From: Candidatus Enterocola sp.
GTDB lineage: Bacteria; Bacteroidota; Bacteroidia; Bacteroidales; Paludibacteraceae
DNA: 64,000 nt
Reading direction: 5' to 3'
Assembly (NCBI GenBank): GCA_045634045.1
Contig: JAZQZN010000003.1
Span: 2,444 to 66,443 of the forward strand
Positions 47,301 through 54,142 of the stretch are shown here, one piece after another. A model generated the notes under the pieces. That model was not told the origin of the DNA. It saw only the letters and a list, made by a program, of their open reading frames with translations, and searched no databases. The position numbers and the translations under genes were made by a program. Position 1 is the first letter of the stretch, and the number at the start of each line of letters is the position of its first letter.

Positions 47301-50056
47301 AACACGTTATTGTTCGTAACTCGCGCAATATTACCTTAGATGGTTTGTTCTTTGTATCGGACGTAACGGGTGCTGTTAAAGATGACGCCCTTGAGTTTGA
47401 CGTTAATAGCATGTCGTGGGAACTTATTGAGTTAGGTGCTGTAAAAGATGCCAACATTGTGGTGAAAAACAGTACCATTGGTTCAAGCGGCTTTACGGGC
47501 TTGCATGCATCGGGTTACGATGGCATCACCTTTATCAATAACAACTTTGAAGCGGTGTTCGATGGTTCTGATGCCAACTCAGCAACATGGGGCGCATCGG
47601 CCAAGTTTATCCGTTGTAAGAACATCCAATTCTTGCGCAACAACTTCCGTGGCGACCACGCTACCTTGGTTTGGTTGCAAGAATGTACCGATGCCTTGTT
47701 CATGAACAACGTGTTCTGGAATACCAACCAATACCAAGGCCGTTGCGCTGCTATTCGTTTGATTAGCCAATTTGGTATGCCTGTGAGCAACATGGCATTC
47801 TACTACAATACCTTGTTCTTGGCAGACAGCGAGGTGAACAACTACAAGTACGACTTCTTGCGCTTTGGTCAACAAGATCCTTCGGTAGGTAGCTATCCAG
47901 ACCGCTATACCAACATTGAGTTCATGTACAACAATGCGTATAGCTACGATACCGATATTGCAGGACGTAATAGCAATGCCGAGGCGTTCTACGGCATTGA
48001 CGTAACCACTACATATCCAAACTTCTGTAAAAACAACTTCTGGAGTGAATACGACGAAAAAGTAGCATCACCCCAATCGGTATTTAGCTTTGGTTGCGAA
48101 GGTCAAGATATGATTAACGTTCGCGATCAGCTATGTACCACTACGGCAACAGGTCCTGCTTCGTTGATTGTACGTGGTGAAGATTTGAACATTGGTTTCC
48201 GTCCTACTACCAACTTGGCTAGCCAATTGGGAGCCAATAACGGCCACGACCACGACCGCTACAATGCAAAACGTCCTGCGGAGGGTAAAGAGTGGACTTT
48301 GGGTGCTTACCAAATGGGCGAAGAAAAAGAAACAGATGTTATTATCTGGCAAGGGGTGGCAAGCTCCGACTGGGACGACCGCAACAACTGGATCGACAAA
48401 GAGGGCAGACGCCTTAACTGCTTGAACTTGCTATCGACAGAATTAACTGCCATTATTCCAGCAGAGTTCTCGCATCAATACACAACCCCTGCAGAAGGTA
48501 TCCGTAATTGGCCAAAAATACCTCAAAAATTCGATACAGGACGTACCAACATGAATTACGGCGAACACGTATCGGCTGGTTTGGGTATGGCGAAAGAAGA
48601 ATCGGAAATTACCCAATACGTAAAACACATTGTAATGGAGTACGGTGCTGCCATCGAAGGTGTTGAACGTTTGGTAGAAAATGCGGGCGAAAAAGAAGAA
48701 GTACGTCGCTACGATGATGTGGTTTACGGCTTCGATGTAGAACGTGAACAATGGGTATTGGTAGGTACTGTAGTGAAAAAAGCCGATCCCGAAGCGGAAG
48801 ACGGAAGCGGTTACCGCGACGTGGTTTCGGGCGACTACTACATTCATAGCCACGAGCCTCACGTTTACATGCACAAAGCCTACATCAACGATGAAGGCCA
48901 AGCCGATTGGGGTTCTCCTTTCCCTGACTTGACCATTCCAGTACCTTCGAACGAAGTGTTTGCCATTAAGGTGGCAGACCAATACGGTCCTAACAAGCTA
49001 CCAGCTAAACGCTACTACCGCAAAGGTACCGAAGAGCAACAAGCATCGGGCAGCAAACCTTGGTCGTATACCTTCGATGGACGTTTCGTAAACGAAAGTG
49101 CTATGCCATCCTACACTGGTTTAAACGTAGGTGAACCTGTGCTACTAAACAACTCTTATCCTATGAACATTAGTGCTCAAGCAGTGGAGGATAAATGGGG
49201 TAGCGTATTGCTATACGATTACGTTAACAAATCGTTTGGTAATATTGTAGGCGATGCGGTAATTAAACCACAACATGGCTTTGTAATTGAGCCAAATGCA
49301 AGTGCCATTAGCTTTACACCCGATATGTTGGTAGGTGGCGATACCAAATCGCGCTCAACAGAAGAGCAATCGCCTTTGTATGTGCTTAAGCTAAGCAAAG
49401 CCAACTCTACCGCTGGCGAAGCAAGTACGCTGCACATTGCTTACAACGAGTACAAAGACATGACTGCTCCTGCGATGCTTGATACCCGTAAGGTATGGTC
49501 GTACAACATCGGCACCCCTGATGTATACGCCATTATGCACGATGCGGATTACCAACGTTTGTTTGTAAACGGTTCGGTAACTACCATCCCATTGGGCATT
49601 AAGTTGCAAGAAGACATGCCAGTGGCATTTAGCAAGGTACAAAGCGAAGGATTTGTGCAAATGATTTTGGTCGATATGCTAACCGGCAAAGAATACAACC
49701 TATTGGGCAACGATAAAATTGTTACCGAAGAGTTAGCTGCAGGTGTAATCGAGGGCCGTTTCTACCTCAATATAGAAATTGAGGGCGAGGTAGTTGACGA
49801 CGAAGTAATTACCGATGTGGAAGAGGACGCAGCTGCCAGCATCCAAATTTATACATCGGACGACAATGAAATTTGTGTCATTACCGATGGCACCGACTTG
49901 CAAACCATTTATGTAAGCAGCATGGCAGGTCGTACACAGGCTTACGAAGTGAGCGGCAATTATGCTCGTTTGCGCTTGCCAGTGGCACAAGGTGTTTACT
50001 TGGTACAAGCCATTGCCGAAAATGCAACCCGTAGTGAAAAAGTAGTGTTAAAATAA
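41381..50056 (+). CDS. 2891-aa fusion protein: CotH-like domain + conserved beta-helix core + T9SS sorting tail (module C, components 1+2 in one ORF)
   Basis: ORF 41264..50056, trimmed to MKSFLRFSSVLSASSVKRFIFLFFTLFALSIPTWG because the earlier ATGs overlap or precede the -7 box. Two tandem CBM-like modules at ~42494-43180. CotH blocks at ~43645-44500 (RMNIRGSSSLNFDKKSYAF, HKDWVLYAAYADASMLRN, FEIEYPE, ADWFILNEFCKNLDGFRASN, PIWDFELSF). Core at ~46975-49800 (QHVIVRNSRNITLDGL, GFTGLHASGYDGITFINNNFE, WDDRNNW). T9SS tail: LQTIYVSSMAGRTQAYEVSGNYARLRLPVAQGVYLVQAIAENATRSEKVVLK. Confidence 0.85.
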   Translation: MKSFLRFSSVLSASSVKRFIFLFFTLFALSIPTWGANITAGAKIYLDISGHAKMQESVKDGKKLQVMAGHSTYSICYEMKQEGTCSNLYVVTMPKWDGCTQLAFITADAIWGGEGNGSSSSPQNRSQWGLTSSGYVGSASISTMGSTAKHLYKTTATGSNATGTLTRVSESFSTTSYKVTTSATNGSITVKNACGTAITSGSSVTYSTIIQVSTEAAAGYELESVKIGSTTYTADQFTPGQEYTVTAATTISATFKATSCTEAPTVTNGTTSPTSTETNITAYGKVTALGTNCTLSETGVKLYSDANCTTEVATISSSPTSSLNTEYSVEFTDLSPSTKYYAKAYAITTSGITGNASDAIEIRTADPCLATGKTIYLKPNDNWKQAGAYFAAYFFIGDSNTWVKLTPVATDPTVYECIVPEGGYNTLIFTRMNPDKEGLNWDNKWAQTADLSGNCDANLFTIPNGDWEGSADAGNWTQYTPPVCDETNPCIVPGSTFYLQPNANWKADGARFAAYFFNNCENTWVSLTDANKDGIYECTVPEGKWMNLIFCRMNGTKAENNWDNAWNQTANLNASCGYDLFVMPETVWNGADDSNWTYQIPDVQGAYIAATRNITTVCTNDLSRFASLYVHQTGEEDAENEGYEVDAYQWKYSTNGTSWSNYTPDAATEYGVKGKNNNIRTYQTGYYRCDITLSNGSDTKVLQSNVIELTQAANCGASITDKGDDFPVFYITTTQNFPTCSKDYNSQCGEDMKAKRTVDVKMYNKGALCYDRKARMNIRGSSSLNFDKKSYAFVGGKADAKVGGDVKTDKLGFFGLPEHKDWVLYAAYADASMLRNVMAMKAYATMTGMWSCHTQHVKVYMDGKFAGVYVFMEKPTYGKGRVMVDENNGYLFGFDKTSVDDRFESQDNSIDAKKSTFLSMYSGRNDIESYGTQFDQRFEIEYPEREKVAFDDDENLVNEQAWTDKVNKLKARINEFEEALSTKAYGQVRTLIDYQTWADWFILNEFCKNLDGFRASNWFIIENEGATIKASPIWDFELSFANKASQSTMGESPDGWLHEHEDMHTDGFPIPFWFNGIGATNANTGDKDGGWTINQSVDFGGLLKDPCFKQMLKDRWAIHTAANGGITELIEWVTTESNIDNMADLLDLEEERWPAASRSKNANGKENGYDPQSNWETQVSEIQAYVQERKNKMDALIEGLTVGYRQTLVKDAKPSDWKTLTPANEDGVDVYTFDEGREKITFVTYMKETNDPDGKDLAGGMQAADMWKFYASTEDLTAEQLDALDASVWKLFAKSNTPELPALGQAECGYYFVEGALCATNMKSQYIRIKVTPTCEQGDCTNNYYRIKLTDTQTGNVIYTPSIKGVDGTATSVITIPCQGEFDCVVETKKGAVYWTEIEGSKYFLSSAESRGATTLKVELLNCTSTGATDAVKVRFTEQTEGVTSYYQIAFYYGGELLAGINSLDGETGITNGQNKVLEGLHFPVGTTYVIYRRDNNKAYDALYSCLVGQNYVADTYTGLNSNQSVTATFSVSEIGELNVSYEVVTQEPNYWISTPFAGHTGFEGGEQNKQHKSDGKDNNTMFAVECQGVQGGAQGDFYLYKYMEKKPSWSGNLAQAGVKDGNNDNVEVATNADEYGFHGGDDMHSVWVRWLFDSSQGALHVHHVHNLHLECKNFDNTITRVAPTTSDAATGMLTFEVADLTNVASYRIVADHPHGNGAFEVQPWGADYHKVVTNIGSATFTYNYAQNCMTVVYSDIVSLTIPCQQAGVSINAEGKVEVIVANMGTLEAIEGSYTVVVTNHTTKLTMRGTGEDNVGKLLPAGEQEVFTSTEKITGSYYITASLYYGTTLLNTCSLQDLNCEYTVIDTVRYVVDANLGLEYQDPCSLTFGSLENALKHLKGTPKFVKGGSLIYPVVMEVAYSKTTYQGTRKAGVSGGGTESENAMALIIENFNQIDATHPLIIRAANPKSAPWVQHVIVRNSRNITLDGLFFVSDVTGAVKDDALEFDVNSMSWELIELGAVKDANIVVKNSTIGSSGFTGLHASGYDGITFINNNFEAVFDGSDANSATWGASAKFIRCKNIQFLRNNFRGDHATLVWLQECTDALFMNNVFWNTNQYQGRCAAIRLISQFGMPVSNMAFYYNTLFLADSEVNNYKYDFLRFGQQDPSVGSYPDRYTNIEFMYNNAYSYDTDIAGRNSNAEAFYGIDVTTTYPNFCKNNFWSEYDEKVASPQSVFSFGCEGQDMINVRDQLCTTTATGPASLIVRGEDLNIGFRPTTNLASQLGANNGHDHDRYNAKRPAEGKEWTLGAYQMGEEKETDVIIWQGVASSDWDDRNNWIDKEGRRLNCLNLLSTELTAIIPAEFSHQYTTPAEGIRNWPKIPQKFDTGRTNMNYGEHVSAGLGMAKEESEITQYVKHIVMEYGAAIEGVERLVENAGEKEEVRRYDDVVYGFDVEREQWVLVGTVVKKADPEAEDGSGYRDVVSGDYYIHSHEPHVYMHKAYINDEGQADWGSPFPDLTIPVPSNEVFAIKVADQYGPNKLPAKRYYRKGTEEQQASGSKPWSYTFDGRFVNESAMPSYTGLNVGEPVLLNNSYPMNISAQAVEDKWGSVLLYDYVNKSFGNIVGDAVIKPQHGFVIEPNASAISFTPDMLVGGDTKSRSTEEQSPLYVLKLSKANSTAGEASTLHIAYNEYKDMTAPAMLDTRKVWSYNIGTPDVYAIMHDADYQRLFVNGSVTTIPLGIKLQEDMPVAFSKVQSEGFVQMILVDMLTGKEYNLLGNDKIVTEELAAGVIEGRFYLNIEIEGEVVDDEVITDVEEDAAASIQIYTSDDNEICVITDGTDLQTIYVSSMAGRTQAYEVSGNYARLRLPVAQGVYLVQAIAENATRSEKVVLK

Positions 50057-50071
50057 AAATACCTTACCATA

Positions 50072-50500
50072 ATGAAAAAGATTATTAGTTTTGTTCTATT
50101 GTTGCTTGGCTCGTTGAGTGTATATGCTGTATCGATGCCTTCAAAATCTTACTATCGTTTTGGTGAGATTGGAACTACCGAAGGAGTAGTTTTGTCAACA
50201 GGTGTCCAAATTGGGAACAATGCCACGGTGGGTACTTACATTTATACGCAGTGTTTGTTCCCCGGTGACGAAAACGGGAAATGTGCAGAATGTTGTAACA
50301 CGGCAGTTAATTGCGATGATGCTTATGCCGAAGGCGATGAGACCGCCATTGAAGAATGCGAAACCAACTACGGTAAATGCATTGGTTACTGCGAGGGTGG
50401 CCCTTCGTTACCTTTGGATGCATCGTTGCTGATGCTATTGGGTATGGTGGCTGCTTACGGTGTGCGCAAATACCGCATGGCGGCATCGGAGAAAGAATAA
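50072..50500 (+). CDS. small secreted Cys-rich protein with C-terminal PLDAS + TM + basic tail (module C, component 3)
   Basis: 142 aa. Signal peptide MKKIISFVLLLLGSLSVYA; 8 Cys (CAECC core). C-terminus: SLPLDASLLMLLGMVAAYGVRKYRMAASEKE. The ATG lies 15 nt after the fusion ORF stop. Confidence 0.8.
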   Translation: MKKIISFVLLLLGSLSVYAVSMPSKSYYRFGEIGTTEGVVLSTGVQIGNNATVGTYIYTQCLFPGDENGKCAECCNTAVNCDDAYAEGDETAIEECETNYGKCIGYCEGGPSLPLDASLLMLLGMVAAYGVRKYRMAASEKE

Positions 50501-50522
50501 AAAGGTAATGCAACCTAAATAA

Positions 50523-50550
50523 CAAATATCCCGCGATGGCGGGATATTTG
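50523..50550 (+). terminator. hairpin terminator ending module copy C
   Basis: CAAATATCCCGC-GATG-GCGGGATATTTG followed by TGTGTTTGT. Confidence 0.75.
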
Positions 50551-50570
50551 TGTTTGTACGTAAAAAAACG

Positions 50571-50578
50571 TATCTTTG
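50571..50578 (+). promoter_or_regulatory. -7 promoter box TATCTTTG
   Basis: Matches TAnnTTTG, 34 nt upstream of the ATG at 50613. Confidence 0.5.
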
Positions 50579-50612
50579 CGCATCTTAACAAAAAACTTCA
50601 ATCTTATACAAT

Positions 50613-52097
50613 ATGATTTACAACGTTATGACGGCTGATCAAGCAGCCGAACTTATCAACGATGGCGATGTGGTAGGTTTCAGTGGTTTTACTCCCGCTG
50701 GTGCTCCCAAAGAAGTGCCATCTGCGCTTGCTAAACGTGCTGAGGCTTTGCACGCAGCAGGTCAGTCATTTAAAATTGGTATGTACACGGGTGCTTCTAC
50801 TGGCGATAGCACCGATGGTGCTTTGGCACGTGCTAATGCCATTAGCTTCCGTACTCCTTATCAATCGAACAAAGACTTGCGCAACTCGTTGAATACCCCT
50901 GGCGGTGCGCAATATTTCGACATGCACCTTTCGCAGTTGGCGCAAGAGTTGCGTTATGGCTTTATGCCCAAACCAACCGTTGCGATCATTGAGGCTTGCG
51001 ACATCAACGACGAAGGTGAAATCGTACTTACCAGCGGTGTGGGTATTTCGCCTACCATTGCTAACTTGGCAGACCGCATCATCATTGAGTTGAACGAACG
51101 CCACCCTAAATCATTGCGTGGCATGCACGATATTTACGAACCTTGCGACCCTCCTTGCCGTCACGAAATTCCTGTTTACAGCGTTTCTGACCGTGCTGGT
51201 AGCCCTGTATTGAAGGTAGATCCTAAAAAAATTGTGGCTGTTGTAAAAACCAACCGCAAAGACGAAGTGGGTGGCTTTACCGAACCTGATGCAGTTACCA
51301 CTCAAATTGGTAAATACGTATCTGAATTTTTGACCAACGAAATGCGTTTGGGTCGTATCCCAAAATCGTTCTTGCCTGTTCAATCGGGTGTAGGTAACAT
51401 TGCCAATGCTGTGATGTTCGAATTGGGTAACAACCCCGAAATTCCTGCCTTTACCATGTTTACCGAGGTAATTCAAGATGCTGTTATCGATTTGATGAAA
51501 AAAGGTCGCATTACCTTTGCATCGGGTTGCTCGCTAACCGTAACCGACCCTGTGTTGCAAGAAATTTACGACAACATGGACTTTTTCCACAACAAATTGG
51601 TGCTTCGTCCACAGGAATTGTCGAACAACCCTGGTTTGGTGCGTCGTTTGGGTCTTATCACCATCAATACTGCATTGGAGGCTGACATCTACGGCAACAT
51701 CAATAGTACACACGTAATGGGTACCAAAATGATGAACGGTTTGGGTGGTTCTGGCGACTTTACTCGTAACGCTTACATTTCTATTTTTACCACTCCTTCT
51801 ACTGCGAAAGGTGGTGCTATTAGCGCTATTGTTCCTATGGTGTCGCACATCGACCACAGCGAACACTCGGTAAAAGTATTGATTACTGAACATGGTATTG
51901 CTGACTTGCGTGGCAAATCGCCTATTCAACGTGCTAACTTGATTATCGACAATTGCGTGGATCCAAGCTATCGTCCATTGATGCGCGAATACTTGGCTTC
52001 GGCAAGCAAGGGCCATACTCCTACCAACTTGCAAACTTGCTTTGGTATGCACACTGCCTTTATGCAAACCGGTGATATGCACAATGCAAAATTCTAA
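50613..52097 (+). CDS. acetyl-CoA hydrolase/transferase family protein (succinate/propionate CoA-transferase type)
   Basis: 494 aa. The N-terminal GDVVGFSGFTPAGAPK, and later GLGGSGDF blocks, are typical of the family. Confidence 0.85.
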   Translation: MIYNVMTADQAAELINDGDVVGFSGFTPAGAPKEVPSALAKRAEALHAAGQSFKIGMYTGASTGDSTDGALARANAISFRTPYQSNKDLRNSLNTPGGAQYFDMHLSQLAQELRYGFMPKPTVAIIEACDINDEGEIVLTSGVGISPTIANLADRIIIELNERHPKSLRGMHDIYEPCDPPCRHEIPVYSVSDRAGSPVLKVDPKKIVAVVKTNRKDEVGGFTEPDAVTTQIGKYVSEFLTNEMRLGRIPKSFLPVQSGVGNIANAVMFELGNNPEIPAFTMFTEVIQDAVIDLMKKGRITFASGCSLTVTDPVLQEIYDNMDFFHNKLVLRPQELSNNPGLVRRLGLITINTALEADIYGNINSTHVMGTKMMNGLGGSGDFTRNAYISIFTTPSTAKGGAISAIVPMVSHIDHSEHSVKVLITEHGIADLRGKSPIQRANLIIDNCVDPSYRPLMREYLASASKGHTPTNLQTCFGMHTAFMQTGDMHNAKF

Positions 52098-52146
52098 TCA
52101 GTCGCTTTGCTAGCAAAGTTCCGACGAATCGGTTATATACAAAAAA

Positions 52147-52168
52147 ATCTCAGCAATTCTGCTGAGAT
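52147..52168. terminator. bidirectional hairpin terminator
   Basis: ATCTCAGCA-ATTC-TGCTGAGAT flanked by an A7 run and a T-run. Lies between convergent genes. Confidence 0.75.
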
Positions 52169-52182
52169 TTTTTTTATAACTC

Positions 52183-52944
52183 CTAACTTCGAAGCCACTC
52201 CGTGAGTCGCTCTTGGGTGACGCCGAGGAGCATCTCGCCTTGGCGCATGCACGAAATACGGCCCGTTTCTTCCGATACAATGATGACGTAAGCATCGGTT
52301 TTTTCGGTGATGCCGAGGGCAGCGCGGTGGCGAAGCCCCAATTCTTTGGGCAAGTCGCGTTTGTGCGATAGGGGTAGGATACAACCCACGGCCTTGATTT
52401 GGTTGCCGACAATGATGAGTGCCCCGTCGTGCAAGGGGGTATTTTTGAAGAAAATATTTTCGATAAGACGCGATTTGATGTTGGCGTCAATGATTTCGCC
52501 AGTTTGACAATAGGTGTTTAAGTCGCCTTCTTTTTGGATAACGACCAATGCGCCTGTTTTGGTCTTGGCGCAAGCTACCATGGCTTCAATAATTTCGTCA
52601 ATTTCTTGTTGGGGTTGTGTATCGTCTTTGCGAATGAGCAGTTGCTTGATGCGCGATAGGAAATTGTTTGCGTATCGGCCGCTCAAATTGGTAAGGAAGT
52701 TGCGGATTTCGTCTTGGTACAGAATCACCAACAAGATAATACCCACATTCGCTACCTTATTTAGGATGGTACCCAACAGCTCCATTTGGAAGACGAACGA
52801 AACCAAAAACCAGATAGAAATGAAACCCACCAAGAGGGCATAGAAGTTCATCCCTGTGGTGCCTTTGAGTAGTTTGTAGGTTTGAAACAACAAAATGGCA
52901 ACAATCAGGATATCAAAAAAGTCCTTTAACGTAAATTCTATCAT
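52183..52944 (-). CDS. cdaA: diadenylate cyclase (c-di-AMP synthase), membrane-anchored CdaA type
   Basis: 253 aa. Three N-terminal TM helices. DisA_N blocks: TPLHDGALII and GLRHRAALGITE. Confidence 0.9.
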   Translation of the reverse strand: MIEFTLKDFFDILIVAILLFQTYKLLKGTTGMNFYALLVGFISIWFLVSFVFQMELLGTILNKVANVGIILLVILYQDEIRNFLTNLSGRYANNFLSRIKQLLIRKDDTQPQQEIDEIIEAMVACAKTKTGALVVIQKEGDLNTYCQTGEIIDANIKSRLIENIFFKNTPLHDGALIIVGNQIKAVGCILPLSHKRDLPKELGLRHRAALGITEKTDAYVIIVSEETGRISCMRQGEMLLGVTQERLTEWLRS

Positions 52945-53777
52945 ATTTTGTTTGTCGCTTGTTGTTTGTCACTTGTCACTTGTTGCTTGTGACTAGTGAC
53001 TAGCAACTGTTTATAAATCGCAATGGCTTGTTTGGCGGGCTCTACGTCGTGCACCCTCAAAATGTGTGCACCGCGCTCCAACAAAAGGGTGTTTAGCACC
53101 GTAGTGCCATTGAGCGAGTCTTGTGGGGTGGTGCCCAATACCTTTTGAATCATGCTTTTGCGCGATATGCCGACCAAAATCGGCAAACCAAAAGTTTGCA
53201 AGCAGCTGAGGTTACGAGCAATTTCATAATTTTGTTCGAGGCTTTTGCCAAATCCAAAGCCTGGGTCGAGGATGATGTCGTTGGCTCCTCGTTGGGTCAG
53301 CTGGGCAATTTGCTTGGAAAAGTAAAACAGCATATCGCTGCTACTGCCGGCTTCTGGATAGGTAAGTATGTAGGGAACTTGTAGGTTGCCCACCACGTCG
53401 AACATGGCATCGCATCCGCCCGAAACATCGTTGATGATGCTGGCTCCTTTCTCGGCTACTGCCCATTGGGCAATGTCGGGGCGAAACGTATCGACCGAAA
53501 TAGGAATACCTGGATAGTTGGCTTTTAGTTGGGCAAACCCCAACTCCAAACGTTCTTTTTCTTGTGCTGCGGTGGCGGGGGTGCTGCCGGGTCTGGTAGA
53601 ACAGCCTCCTAAATCAATGAGATCAACGGTTTTAGGCAACACCTGCTCGACGCTCTCGGTGTAGAAAGAGTCGGGGCTAACGTTGTAGATGCCCATAACA
53701 ATGGGTTTGTCTAAACTAAGTAGGTGTCCTTTTAGGTTGATATGCATATATCGTTTATTCAATGCTTCGCATTTCAT
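52941..53777 (-). CDS. folP: dihydropteroate synthase
   Basis: 278 aa. IVMGIYNVSPDSFY and DPGFGFGK blocks. The stop overlaps the cdaA start by 4 nt. An unusual low-complexity C-terminal tail (VTSHKQQVTSDKQQATNKI) is encoded by tandem GTCACTTGT-like repeats. Confidence 0.9.
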   Translation of the reverse strand: MKCEALNKRYMHINLKGHLLSLDKPIVMGIYNVSPDSFYTESVEQVLPKTVDLIDLGGCSTRPGSTPATAAQEKERLELGFAQLKANYPGIPISVDTFRPDIAQWAVAEKGASIINDVSGGCDAMFDVVGNLQVPYILTYPEAGSSSDMLFYFSKQIAQLTQRGANDIILDPGFGFGKSLEQNYEIARNLSCLQTFGLPILVGISRKSMIQKVLGTTPQDSLNGTTVLNTLLLERGAHILRVHDVEPAKQAIAIYKQLLVTSHKQQVTSDKQQATNKI

Positions 53778-54101
53778 GAATTTTAGTGCGAGGTGAATGC
53801 AGAAACCATGTTTACATGGGTTATGCTGAACCGATGCCTAAAATCATGTAATAAGTTGCTTATGTTAGCTTCGCTCATGTTGCTCGCGTTCGGCAAAATC
53901 AAGTAAACTTGCTTCTGCCCTCACTTAATCGCAACTGTCGGCATAGCAAATAAATTTGTTCTGCTCTCGCTTAATCGCAACTTTATTCAATAATTACCCT
54001 TTTTTTTTGCAAAATTAAAAATTATCTGCATCTTTGCAGTCATTTTCGGGAAAAACTGAAAAAAAATATTGATTTACACAATATAACAAGAAAAAATCAG
54101 T

Positions 54102-54109
54102 TATCTTTG
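54102..54109 (+). promoter_or_regulatory. -7 promoter box TATCTTTG
   Basis: Matches TAnnTTTG, 33 nt upstream of the ATG at 54143. Confidence 0.45.
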
Positions 54110-54142
54110 TAGTCGGCTAATAAAATAACCTTAATTTATACC

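Noticed and set aside
43505-48982. Many 100-190-aa ORFs antisense or out of frame within the giant genes (for example 43505-43948, 46220-46783 and 48443-48982; similar cases occur in 18748-22868 and 24260-25713).
   Set aside because: They lie fully inside long ORFs with strong family signatures. Their composition is low-complexity or odd, with no promoter or start context. This is typical shadow-ORF behaviour.
18391-50056. A diversity-generating retroelement or another templated hypermutation mechanism as the source of variation between the giant paralogs.
   Set aside because: No reverse transcriptase is present. No template/variable repeat pair with adenine-specific differences was seen. 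Divergence is module-scale and includes indels and domain swaps.
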